Shown: positions 40,138 to 49,139 of the stretch, in pieces
Numbering within the stretch: the stretch's first letter is position 1
How the letters are laid out: each line of letters opens with the position of its first letter
Assembly (NCBI GenBank): GCA_963782595.1
Contig: CAWAKJ010000002.1
Location: 451,274 to 515,273 of the forward strand
DNA: 64,000 nucleotides
Reading direction: 5' to 3'
From: Vicinamibacterales bacterium
GTDB taxonomy: Bacteria; Acidobacteriota; Vicinamibacteria; Vicinamibacterales; JAMQPK01
The notes under the pieces: model-generated
What the model saw: the letters and a program-made list of their open reading frames with translations, nothing else
What the model was told of the DNA's origin: nothing
Database searches by the model: none
Position numbers and translations under genes: made by a program

Positions 40138-43100
40138 ATGGAATCGCGATCCGTGGAGCTCTTGACGTCGCGCCGGTTCGCGCCGCTCTTCGTCACGCAG
40201 TTTCTGGGGGCATTCAACGACAACCTCCTGAAGAGCGCGCTGGCCATCATGGTGACCTACCGGCTCGCCGCCCGGGCCGGCATCGATGCGGCGGCTCTGG
40301 TGATGATCGCGGGCGGGTTGTTCATCGCGCCCTTCTTCCTGTTTTCAGGCGCCTCGGGAACGCTCGCCGATCGAGTGGACAAGGCCGCGATCGCGCGGTG
40401 GGTAAAGGTGGCTGAAATTGCGATTATGGCGATCGGCTCCTGGGGATTGTGGCAGCAGAGCATTCCGCTGTTGCTCGCCGCGCTGTTCCTCCTGGGCACA
40501 CATTCGACGGTGTTCGGGCCCATCAAATATGCCTTGTTGCCGCAACATCTGCGCAGCGAGGAACTCGTGGCGGGCAACGCCCTCATCGAAGCCGGAACAT
40601 TTCTCGCGATTCTCCTGGGCACCATTGTCGGTGGCAGTATCGTGCTTCTCGACAGCGGCGCGGCGATTGTGGCCGGTTGTGGTATCGGCGGTGCGTTCGC
40701 GGGCTGGCTCGCTTCGCGTCAGATTCCCGCGGCGCTCCCGCATCCGGATGACGTCGGACGCCGGCCGCGTCTGTTCCACGATTCGATCGCCGTCATTCGT
40801 CACGCGACCAGCCGGTCCGCGCTGTTGTTGCCGATTCTCGCGATTTCATGGTTCTGGCTGTTCGGCGCGACCGTCGTGTCGGGATTGCCGGTGCTGGCCA
40901 AAGACGTCCTCTTTGCAAACGAGCGGGTGGTCACGTTGATGCTCGCGCTGTTCGCGATCGGAGTCGGGGCCGGATCGATGCTCGCCGAACGGTTGCTGCA
41001 TGGTGAAGTCAGCGCCCGCCACGTACCGATCGCAGCCCTGGTGATGGGGCTCTTCGCCGTCGATCTCCATCTGGCAAGTGCCGGCCGCGTACCGGGCACC
41101 GAACTCGCGGGGGTGTTCGCGTTCCTCAGCACTCCGGGAAGCTGGCGCATCCTCGGCGACCTGACCGGCCTGGCCATCGCCGGAGGCCTGTTCTGCGTTC
41201 CACTGTATGCGCTGTTGCAACACGAAAGCGAGCCGCGGTATCGCGCTCGCGTCATTGCCGCCAACAACATCGTCAACGCCCTGGCGATGACGCTCGCGGC
41301 GATTGCAGCAGCCGTGCTCTCTTCACGCGGCATGACGATGGGAGCGCTCTTTGCGGTGTGCGGGATCGCCACGATCTTGGTAGCAGTTGTCGCCGGGTGG
41401 ATTCTACGCAGGGCGATCGCCAAGAGCGTTCTACGTCTCGCGCTGCGCGTGCTGTATCGCGTTCGCATCGAGGGAGTCGAACACGTGCGCGGCGCACTGC
41501 CAAAGGCAGTCATTGCGGCCAATCACGCGTCGTTTCTCGATGGATTGCTGCTCGGTGCATTTCTGCCCGGCGATCCGATCTTTGCGGTCGACACATTCAT
41601 CGCAAAAAAATGGTGGGCGAAGCCGTTCCTGATGTTCGTGAACGCGCTGCCCGTCGATCCAACAAACCCGTTGTCGATTCGCGCCATGATACGTGCCGTC
41701 GAGCGCGGATCGTCGTGCATCATTTTTCCTGAGGGTCGGATCACAACGACAGGCTCGCTGATGAAGGTGTACGACGGACCTGCGGTGATTGCCGAGCGGA
41801 CGGGAGCGGCGCTGGTTCCCGTGCGCATCGACGGGGTCGAGTTCACGCCGTTCTCGCGCCTGGCCGGAAAGGTTCGGCGCCGGCTGTTTCCACGCATTCA
41901 GATCCGCGTTCTTCCGGCGACCAGGCTGACGACGCCAGAGGGGATTGCCGGACGCGCCCGGCGTGTGGCTCTGCGGCGCGCGCTTGGCGACGAGATGGTG
42001 AAGTCGACGTTTGCCGCCGCTCCGGTGAACACCACGTTGTTCGATGCGCTCCTCGAAGCGCGGCGTCAGCACGGGGGCGGGCATCTAGTGGTGGACGACC
42101 TGGAGCAGAAGCCGATGAGCTACACCGGGCTCATCACGGCGAGCTATGCGCTTGGATCGGCACTTGCCAAGCGGACCCGACCGTCAGAGCGTGTGGGCGT
42201 GCTGCTGCCGACGTCGCGCGGTGCGGTCGTGACGTTCTTCGCTCTGCAGGCGACAGACCGAGTGCCCGCGATGCTGAACTTTTCCGCAGGGCCGGCGTCC
42301 GTTCGAGCCGCGTGCCAGGCTGCCGAGGTGTCGCTGATTCTCACCGCCAGACGGTTCGTGGAGAAGGCGAAGCTCGAGCATCTGATCGCCGCGCTGGAAC
42401 CGCACGCCAGGATCGTGTATCTCGAAGACGTCCGTCCGGAGATTGGTCCGGCGAAACGGATCGCCGCGCTGATTCGCGCGCTCACGAGCCGCCCACGGCC
42501 TCGGCCGGAACGCGCCAACGAGCCCGCAGTCGTCCTGTTCACCTCCGGTTCGGAAGGCACGCCGAAGGGCGTCGTGCTGAGTCACCGAAACCTCCTCTCC
42601 AACCGGTATCAACTGGCGTCGGTGGCCGACATCAACCCGAAGGACGTCGTGCTCAACGCGCTGCCGGTGTTTCACAGTTTCGGGCTGACAGGCGGGCTGC
42701 TCCTGCCGCTTCTGGCGGGTGTTCGAACGTTTCTCTATCCATCGCCGCTGCACTACCGGACGATTCCGGAGTTTGCCTACGGCATCAACGCGACGATTCT
42801 GTTCGGCACCGATACCTTTCTTGCCGGCTACGCGCGTGTGGCCGACAACTACGACTTCTATTCCGTGCGCTATGTCTTTGCGGGCGCCGAACGCGTGAAA
42901 GCCGAAACGCGGCGCGTCTGGTTCGAGAAATTCGGCATTCGCATTCTCGAAGGGTACGGCGCTACGGAAACCGCGCCGGCGATCGCCGTGAATACGCCCA
43001 TGCACTTCAAGTCGGGCACGGTCGGACGCATCCTTCCCGGGATCGATCACCGGGTCGAACGTGTGGACGGCATTGCCGAGGGTGGTCGCCTCTTCGTGCG

Positions 43101-43557
43101 CGGGCCCAACGTGATGCTCGGCTATCTGAGGGCCGAGAAGCCCGGTGTGCTCGAGCCGCCGGCCGGGGGGTGGTACGACACGGGCGATATCGTCGAGCTG
43201 GACGCGGACGGTTTTGTGAGCATTCGCGGCCGCGCGAAGAGATTTGCGAAGGTGGCGGGTGAGATGGTGCCGCTCGGAGTGGTCGAGGACTTCATTGCGA
43301 AGCTCTGGGCCGACGCCGTCCATGCGGTCGTGACGCTACCCGATCCGAAGCGCGGTGAGCAGCTTGTCCTCGTGACCGATTGCGAAGACGCGAGTCGCGC
43401 CGCTCTCGCTGCCGGAGCACGCGAGGCCGGACTTCCGGAGATTTTCGTCCCGAGATCGATCATCAAGGTCGAGGCTGTACCATTGCTCGGCACTGGCAAG
43501 ATCGACTACGTCTCGGCGTTGAAGCTGGCGTCTGAGCCGGCGGAGAGTCGAAAGTAG
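40138..43557 (+). CDS. aas: Fused lysophospholipid transporter (MFS, LplT-like) / 2-acyl-GPE acyltransferase / acyl-ACP synthetase (Aas-like)
   Basis: 1139 aa in three parts. The N-terminal ~400 aa form an MFS domain. An acyltransferase domain follows with HX4D (AANHASFLDG) and FPEGRITTTG. The C-terminal AMP-binding domain has VLFTSGSEGTPKGVVLSH, EGYGATET and YDTGDIV. Confidence 0.85.
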   Translation: MESRSVELLTSRRFAPLFVTQFLGAFNDNLLKSALAIMVTYRLAARAGIDAAALVMIAGGLFIAPFFLFSGASGTLADRVDKAAIARWVKVAEIAIMAIGSWGLWQQSIPLLLAALFLLGTHSTVFGPIKYALLPQHLRSEELVAGNALIEAGTFLAILLGTIVGGSIVLLDSGAAIVAGCGIGGAFAGWLASRQIPAALPHPDDVGRRPRLFHDSIAVIRHATSRSALLLPILAISWFWLFGATVVSGLPVLAKDVLFANERVVTLMLALFAIGVGAGSMLAERLLHGEVSARHVPIAALVMGLFAVDLHLASAGRVPGTELAGVFAFLSTPGSWRILGDLTGLAIAGGLFCVPLYALLQHESEPRYRARVIAANNIVNALAMTLAAIAAAVLSSRGMTMGALFAVCGIATILVAVVAGWILRRAIAKSVLRLALRVLYRVRIEGVEHVRGALPKAVIAANHASFLDGLLLGAFLPGDPIFAVDTFIAKKWWAKPFLMFVNALPVDPTNPLSIRAMIRAVERGSSCIIFPEGRITTTGSLMKVYDGPAVIAERTGAALVPVRIDGVEFTPFSRLAGKVRRRLFPRIQIRVLPATRLTTPEGIAGRARRVALRRALGDEMVKSTFAAAPVNTTLFDALLEARRQHGGGHLVVDDLEQKPMSYTGLITASYALGSALAKRTRPSERVGVLLPTSRGAVVTFFALQATDRVPAMLNFSAGPASVRAACQAAEVSLILTARRFVEKAKLEHLIAALEPHARIVYLEDVRPEIGPAKRIAALIRALTSRPRPRPERANEPAVVLFTSGSEGTPKGVVLSHRNLLSNRYQLASVADINPKDVVLNALPVFHSFGLTGGLLLPLLAGVRTFLYPSPLHYRTIPEFAYGINATILFGTDTFLAGYARVADNYDFYSVRYVFAGAERVKAETRRVWFEKFGIRILEGYGATETAPAIAVNTPMHFKSGTVGRILPGIDHRVERVDGIAEGGRLFVRGPNVMLGYLRAEKPGVLEPPAGGWYDTGDIVELDADGFVSIRGRAKRFAKVAGEMVPLGVVEDFIAKLWADAVHAVVTLPDPKRGEQLVLVTDCEDASRAALAAGAREAGLPEIFVPRSIIKVEAVPLLGTGKIDYVSALKLASEPAESRK

Positions 43558-43639
43558 AAAGTAAGAAGTAGAAAGTAAAAAGTGAGAGCGGGCGGCGCTT
43601 TCTACTTTTCACTTCTTACTTCTTACTTTTCACTTTCTC
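43550..43639. repeat. Mirror-image heptad arrays (5 x GAAAGTA-like / 5 x CTTNTTA-like) forming a 35-bp imperfect hairpin
   Basis: AAGT cores begin at 43552, 43559, 43566, 43573 and 43580. ACTT cores begin at 43604, 43611, 43618, 43625 and 43632. Pairing i with 87187-i over 43550-43584 gives 29 Watson-Crick, 3 G-T and 3 mismatches by hand. The loop is GC-rich (AGAGCGGGCGGCGC). Both convergent stop codons (TAG 43555-57, TTA 43623-25) lie inside the arms. Confidence 0.65.
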
Positions 43640-45338
43640 CTTCCCCCAGCCCACGCATCTCCCGCATCAGCGGTCCGGCGTCTTCCAGGTGGGGCCGATA
43701 GTAGTACAACCAAGGATCATTGCGCCTATCATCGGCTCCCACAGGGGCGGTGATGTTTCGGAGTGCCCTCAACGCCGCGGCGCGATCGCCGGCTTGGCCG
43801 GCAAGGTGACTGAGCGCAAGCCGCGGCGATTGGGCGTCGGGGAAGATCTCCGCCGCATTTTCATAACGCCGTTGTGCTTCGGCGCGCCTTCCCAGTGCAT
43901 GCTCCTGCCGGCCCAGGAACAACTCCGCCAGGTACAGTTGCTTCGAGTTGGAGTTTGCAGCAATAGCTCGCCGCAATTCCGCAGCCGCCTCCTCATGCCG
44001 GCCGAGCTCGCCGAGCGTGTGGCCCAGCCGACTGCGAGCTTCGGCGTCATCCGGCGCGATTGCCAATAACTCTCGAAGAAAGCGCTCTGCGCTCTGCAGC
44101 TCGCTTCTGCGTGAATTGACGGCCACATCGGACCCTTCGGTGCGGATCTCTTGCACGGCCGCCTGTATCGCCGGCGACGACAATTCCAGATGAAGATAGG
44201 CACTATCGAGCAAGACCATCGGGTGCTTTGGAAAGACTTGCCGCGCGCTGTCCAGATGTTGGGCGACCTCCGCCAGGTGGCCCTCACGAAACAGATACGC
44301 CGAGACAGCGCGGTACCAGAGCAGCGTACTGCCGTCGGCGCCGGGGCCAGGTCCTTGCGTATCGAGGAGCTGCCGGCCGATCTGCCAGTGCACGGTTCCA
44401 CGCCGCCCGCCTTTCCTCCGGCCATCGTCGACGACGGGATACTGAATGAAATTGCCGGGAACGAAGACGGCGATGTCGGCATGGAGCACCGCTCCGCGCC
44501 GCAGAGTGTCGTTGCCGTGAAAGATTCCTTCGATCTCATCGAGGTTAAACCGCCGGTTGTAGAGCAGAATGGCAGCGCGATCGGAGTCGCGCACGAAGCG
44601 GGCCTCGCTCGGCCGAGGAACTCCACCGGTTAGTGATTTGATGCTGCTGCGTGCTTCAGTGCTGCGCTCGTCCGGCTTTTCCTGAACCCACCGAAGGAAT
44701 GCAGACAGATTGCCGAGGTCGCCAAGCAGCGTCTCGAGATCTGAAGGCGACCACTTGCCGACTTCGAGCACTGGTGAATCGCCGCACCCTGGTGTATGAA
44801 GTCGAACGGCCTCGAGCCAGCGTAGCAGGCGCGCCAGCGATGGATGGCGTGTATTCGCCGCGGCCGTACCCTGGCCGAACGTCTTGACGTCGGTGCTCCC
44901 GGCGCACTCGTCTCCACCGACTCGAGCGGAAACAGCCTTCCGCAGCCTCAAGTTGACGTTTGGAACGCCGCCGAGCTCCACGACGATCTGAGTCTCGTCG
45001 AACCCGACGCCTTCCATGGATGCGGACACAAGATAGACACCCGAGGTAGACACGCCGACCATATAGTCGCCGTTCTCGCTGGAGATCGCCTGCCACTTCC
45101 GACCGCCGGGGCGTCGCTGGTCTTGCACGACGAATCCGACAATGGACTCCGAGATACTGGTGACTTCGATGGCGGCTCCGGCCACCGCCCGACCCTGATC
45201 GTCAGTGACCTTTCCGCGGATCGGCCGCGCCTGGGCGAGTGCGTGGGTGGCAACCGTCAGCACTGCAATGCTGATCAGTGCAGCGACTCGTGTGCCCCGG
45301 CCGTGGACAAGGCCGTCGACAGGAAAGGCGGATATCAT
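43623..45338 (-). CDS. Secreted CarboxypepD_reg-domain / TPR-repeat protein
   Basis: 571 aa. The N-terminus RGKVTDDQGRAVAGAAIEVTS...GVYLVSASMEGVGFDETQIVVELGG is carboxypeptidase-regulatory-like. The C-terminal third carries TPR-like helices (AEARSRLGHTLGELGRHEEAAAELRRAIA..., RRAEAQRRYENAAEIFPD). Confidence 0.7.
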   Translation of the reverse strand: MISAFPVDGLVHGRGTRVAALISIAVLTVATHALAQARPIRGKVTDDQGRAVAGAAIEVTSISESIVGFVVQDQRRPGGRKWQAISSENGDYMVGVSTSGVYLVSASMEGVGFDETQIVVELGGVPNVNLRLRKAVSARVGGDECAGSTDVKTFGQGTAAANTRHPSLARLLRWLEAVRLHTPGCGDSPVLEVGKWSPSDLETLLGDLGNLSAFLRWVQEKPDERSTEARSSIKSLTGGVPRPSEARFVRDSDRAAILLYNRRFNLDEIEGIFHGNDTLRRGAVLHADIAVFVPGNFIQYPVVDDGRRKGGRRGTVHWQIGRQLLDTQGPGPGADGSTLLWYRAVSAYLFREGHLAEVAQHLDSARQVFPKHPMVLLDSAYLHLELSSPAIQAAVQEIRTEGSDVAVNSRRSELQSAERFLRELLAIAPDDAEARSRLGHTLGELGRHEEAAAELRRAIAANSNSKQLYLAELFLGRQEHALGRRAEAQRRYENAAEIFPDAQSPRLALSHLAGQAGDRAAALRALRNITAPVGADDRRNDPWLYYYRPHLEDAGPLMREMRGLGEGESEK

Positions 45339-45357
45339 GATCTAACTAAGGATAGAC

Positions 45358-45846
45358 GTGTCAGGCACCACCTCTGCTGTCTTATTGTGGCTGTTCGTCA
45401 TCAACCTGGGTGTTGCGTTCGGCGCGGGGCTGTACGAACACCGCATCGTCGTGCCCGGGTGGATCAGCGCTTCGCCCGAGTCAGGCGCGCATTGGAATCC
45501 CGACGCCGTGCGTCAGGATGATACCGGCCGGCGATTCTGGGCATTTGTTACGACGGTACCGCTCACGCTGCTCACGCTAGTTAATTTGTACGCCGCGGGG
45601 CGAGCGTCGGGTTCGCTTCGAATCTGGTGGCTCGCCGCCGCTCTTGCTGCTCTTGCAGACCGCGCGTTCACATTCTCGTACTTCATTCCCACGATGGTCG
45701 GTCTTATGGGCGCGCCTGATTCACCGCAGTCGGTCGCTACGGCTGTATGGTGGTCGCAGCTTAACTATCTGCGCCACGCGATCGTGCTGGCGGCATGGCT
45801 CGCGTCCCTGCGGGCGTTTTCGCTGTTCTACCAGCAGGGCCGGTAG
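45358..45846 (+). CDS. DUF1772 (anthrone-oxygenase-like) 4-TM membrane protein
   Basis: 162 aa with four hydrophobic helices and the GAGLYEHRIVVP motif region typical of DUF1772. It is divergent from the previous gene, with 19 nt between the starts. Confidence 0.65.
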   Translation: MSGTTSAVLLWLFVINLGVAFGAGLYEHRIVVPGWISASPESGAHWNPDAVRQDDTGRRFWAFVTTVPLTLLTLVNLYAAGRASGSLRIWWLAAALAALADRAFTFSYFIPTMVGLMGAPDSPQSVATAVWWSQLNYLRHAIVLAAWLASLRAFSLFYQQGR

Positions 45847-45858
45847 GGCGGTTCTCGA

Positions 45859-46828
45859 TCAGCTCGTTGCGCTCGCCAGCGACCGGTCTTTCCTCCATTG
45901 ACTTGGAGGCGCGCCGACCGCTTTCTTGAACGCCCGGCTGAACGCCGCTTCAGACTCATAGCCGACCCGGTCGGCTATGGTCGCGACGCTGTCCATGCCG
46001 CTACGCAGTTGATTCGCGGCAAGCTGCATCCGCCAGTTCGTCAGATACTGCATAGGCGGCTGTCCCACGAACTGTGTGAACCGCTCGGCCAGCGCCGATC
46101 TCGAGAGTCCCACTTCACGGGCCATGGACTCGAGCGTCCAGTCGCGCGAGGGGCTTCCGTGCAATGCGGCCAGCGCGCGCCCCACGAACGGCTCGCGAAG
46201 CCCGGCGAGCCAGCCGGTGCGATCGGCCGGCAGCGTTTCCACATATCGCCGCACGACGTCCACGAACATCAGCTCGCTCAAATGGCCGAGTACGCACTCG
46301 CCACCGGGCCGCCGTTCTTTCGCCTCTGCCACGGCAAATTGCACGAACGCGCCAATGGCGCCCGTCTTTGCATCGCTGACGTGGATGACGCGCGGCAGCG
46401 CGGACAGCAGCGGGTTGAACGGCCGCGCATCGCAGCCCAGAAACCCGCAGACGAAGTGGGCCGAATCGAGGCCGGTGTCGCCCACCGACATCGTGAACGG
46501 CAACTGACCGTCGCTCGGGCGGCGATACCGCGCGACGTCCGCCGGGTGGCGCATGCCGGGTGCGCTCGACAGCGCATGCGAATCGCCGTGTGGAAACACC
46601 ACCACGTCACCTGCGGACCCGCAATGGTTGCTCCCCTTCGAGGCATGCCCAGCATGAGCCGCGCGTGATGACGTGATATGAGATGAGGTGCTCGGCTCCG
46701 GGGAACATTCTCCCGACAATCGACCCGCCCGGCGGTGTCTCGGCCACCCACGGTTCCGATGCGTTCACGTCGAAGAAAATGGCGCCCGTCAGCCGTACGG
46801 CCCGCAACACATCCGACAACGCATCCAT
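45859..46828 (-). pseudogene. AraC-family regulator with N-terminal cupin domain, one frame break
   Basis: The N-terminus MDALSDVLRAVRLTGAIFFDVNASEPW...CLEGEQPLRVR is in ORF 46607..46855. The remainder GDVVVFPHGDSHALSS...AraC HTH (SMAREVGLSRSALAERFTQFVGQPPMQYLTNWRMQLAANQL...GYESEAAFSRAFKK) is in ORF 45859..46719. The break is at ~46607-46615 (CGGGTCCGC-A-GGTGACGTG). Confidence 0.7.
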
Positions 46829-46962
46829 CAGCACCCTCCGCGCGCACGCACACATGAATCCGGACGATCGGCAACGTCTAGCGGACGCGCGGTCATTCCA
46901 GTGTCCGCATAGGCTCGCTAGACTCTCAGAATTGCAAAACGATTTTACAAGGAGTCACGATC

Positions 46963-47802
46963 ATGGCGAACACAATCGAAGAGACCACGGAACGATCGGC
47001 CGCCGAACTGGAGGCCATCAAGCAGCGGCAACGCGCCACCTGGGCGTCGGGCGACTACGGAATCATCGGCACGACGCTGCAGATCGTCGGCGAGTCTTTG
47101 TGCGAAGCTGTCGACCTTCGCGCGGGCTCGAAGGTGCTGGATGTCGCGGCGGGCAACGGCAACAGCTCGCTGGCTGCCGCGCGCCGATGGTGCGACGTCA
47201 CCTCCACTGATTACGCCCCCACGCTGCTCGAGAACGGCCGCATTCGCGCCGAGGCCGAGCGGCTCGCAATCCGATTCCAGGAGGCCGATGCCGAGGCGCT
47301 GCCGTTTGCCGACGGATCGTTCGATGTCGTGCTGTCATCGTTCGGCGTCATGTTCGCGCCGAATCACACGCGCACGGCGAGCGAACTGCTGCGCGTCTGC
47401 CGGCGGGGCGGCCGTATCGGTCTGACGAACTGGACACCGCGGGGGTTTATCGGTCAGCTGTTCATGGTGATGGGCCGGCACGTGCCGCCGCCCCCGGGCC
47501 TCACGCCAGCGTCGCGGTGGGGAGCCGAAGATCATCTCGATCGGCTGTTCCGGGACTCAGCGTCGCGGATCGACGTCACGCCTCGGGAATTCGTGTTCCG
47601 GTACCTTTCGGCTGCACACTTCATTGACGTGTTCAGAACGTGGTACGGCCCGGTGCACAAAGCCTTCGCGGGTCTTTCTGTCGAATCGCAGCAGCGTCTC
47701 GAGAGCGACCTCATCAAGCTGATTGGCGATTTCAACCGCAGCGGTGATTCGACGATGGTGGTGCCGAGCGAGTACGTCGAGGTGGTCATCACGAAGAAAT
47801 AG
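46963..47802 (+). CDS. Class I SAM-dependent methyltransferase
   Basis: 279 aa with motif I VLDVAAGNGN and post-I/II segments (FDVVLSSFGVMF). The SD AAGGAG lies 8 nt upstream of the ATG. Confidence 0.8.
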   Translation: MANTIEETTERSAAELEAIKQRQRATWASGDYGIIGTTLQIVGESLCEAVDLRAGSKVLDVAAGNGNSSLAAARRWCDVTSTDYAPTLLENGRIRAEAERLAIRFQEADAEALPFADGSFDVVLSSFGVMFAPNHTRTASELLRVCRRGGRIGLTNWTPRGFIGQLFMVMGRHVPPPPGLTPASRWGAEDHLDRLFRDSASRIDVTPREFVFRYLSAAHFIDVFRTWYGPVHKAFAGLSVESQQRLESDLIKLIGDFNRSGDSTMVVPSEYVEVVITKK

Positions 47803-47834
47803 CCGCGGTTGGCTGCCCGTCACGAAATGCGCAA

Positions 47835-47904
47835 CAGGAGATTAGGAGCTCAGGAGGGCAGTGAACGAATCGATTTCCTGCCCTCCTAATCTCATATTCT
47901 CCTG
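47835..47904. repeat. Mirror-image 8-nt-periodic arrays (3 x AGGAG / 3 x CTCCT-like) forming a 27-bp imperfect hairpin
   Basis: AGGAG begins at 47836, 47844 and 47852. CTCCT/CTCAT/CTCCT begin at 47883, 47891 and 47899. Pairing i with 95739-i over 47835-47861 gives 23 Watson-Crick pairs and 4 mismatches by hand, with a 16-nt loop. It lies between the methyltransferase stop and the next gene start. Confidence 0.6.
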
Positions 47905-47916
47905 TAAAGTTTGAGC

Positions 47917-49089
47917 ATGAGAAGGCTCTCTCGTCGCGAGCTCGTGCAATTGACTGCCGCAGCGGCTACCTCGCGCGTCGCGAGGCTCGGCGCCCAAACG
48001 CCGCCGGTAAGCCAGGCCTACATCGGCCCTCTCACCGGCATTACGAGCGGCATTGAAGACCGCAGATTCGATCCTGTTGCGCACACCCACGATCTCTACA
48101 CTGCAGCACCGCGCCGGCTTCGCTTCCAGGCTGGCACTCGCGGCGAGGCCGAAAAGTGGCAACAGACACTCCGGGCGCGGGTGACCGAGCTCATCGGGGG
48201 GTTCCCGTCGAACCGACATCCACTCAGTCCCATCACGCTCGAGACGCGTTCGTTCCCAGGTTACACGCGCGAAAAGATCGTCTTCGACAGCCAGCCGGGC
48301 GTCAGCGTGCTCGCTTATCTTCTGCTTCCCGCAAACGTGCAACGGCCGGCCCCTGTGATGATTTGCGTGCCCGGCCACGGCCGGGGTGTTGACGACATCG
48401 TCGGCATCGACGAACGCGGCATGGATCGAACTGACAAGTCCGGTTATCAGCACGATTTCGCCATTCAGGTGGCGGAGGCCGGGATGGCTGCGATGGCGAT
48501 CGAGCCGATGGGATTCGGCTGCCGTCGAGATCCCATCAACGCACGACAAGGCCTGTCGCGCAAGGCGTGCGATCCAGCGGCGGGCGGGGCTCTCCTGCTC
48601 GGTCAGACGATGGTCGGCTGGCGTGTGTGGGATGTGATGCAGACGCTCGACTACATCGCGACGCGCTCGGAGCTCGATTCGAGCCGCGTCGGTTGCATGG
48701 GCATCTCAGGCGGCGGCACCGTCACCGTGTTTGCAACGGCTCTCGACCCGCGCATCCGGGTGGCGCTCGTCAGCGGCTACCTGAACACCTTCCGCGACAG
48801 CATCGGAAGCCTCGCTCACTGCATCGACAATTATGTGCCCGGAATCCTGAACTGGGCTGAGATGCACGACATCGCAGGCCTCATCGCGCCACGGCCGCTC
48901 TTTGTGGAATCGGGAGAGCGAGACAACATCTTCCCGGTTCGCGCGAGCATCGAGAGCTTCAACGAAGTCCGGAAGATCTACAGCGTCTTTGGCGCGCCAG
49001 ACGCTGTCGAGCAGGAAGTCTTCCCTGACGAGCATGCGTTCTGGGGCAAGCGCGGCATCCCGTTCATCGCCAGGCAGTTGAAAGCGTGA
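47917..49089 (+). CDS. Tat-exported alpha/beta-hydrolase (acetyl-xylan-esterase/dienelactone-hydrolase-like)
   Basis: MRRLSRRELVQLTAAAATSRVARLGAQ is a twin-arginine-type signal. The nucleophile elbow is CMGISGGGTV. TTG 47911 is the supplied start; ATG 47917 is equally possible. Confidence 0.75.
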   Translation: MRRLSRRELVQLTAAAATSRVARLGAQTPPVSQAYIGPLTGITSGIEDRRFDPVAHTHDLYTAAPRRLRFQAGTRGEAEKWQQTLRARVTELIGGFPSNRHPLSPITLETRSFPGYTREKIVFDSQPGVSVLAYLLLPANVQRPAPVMICVPGHGRGVDDIVGIDERGMDRTDKSGYQHDFAIQVAEAGMAAMAIEPMGFGCRRDPINARQGLSRKACDPAAGGALLLGQTMVGWRVWDVMQTLDYIATRSELDSSRVGCMGISGGGTVTVFATALDPRIRVALVSGYLNTFRDSIGSLAHCIDNYVPGILNWAEMHDIAGLIAPRPLFVESGERDNIFPVRASIESFNEVRKIYSVFGAPDAVEQEVFPDEHAFWGKRGIPFIARQLKA

Positions 49090-49095
49090 TGAGGC

Positions 49096-49137
49096 GACTT
49101 GCGCCTTACGACTTCCGACTTGCGACTTTCGACTTAC
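49096..49137. repeat. Six in-phase heptads with ACTT core (GACTTGC GCCTTAC GACTTCC GACTTGC GACTTTC GACTTAC)
   Basis: Cores begin at 49097, 49104, 49111, 49118, 49125 and 49132, an exact spacing of 7. The 16-nt string TTACGACTTCCGACTT (49106-49121) is identical to 20146-20161. The array fills the 50-nt gap between convergent genes. Confidence 0.7.
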
Positions 49138-49139
49138 TT

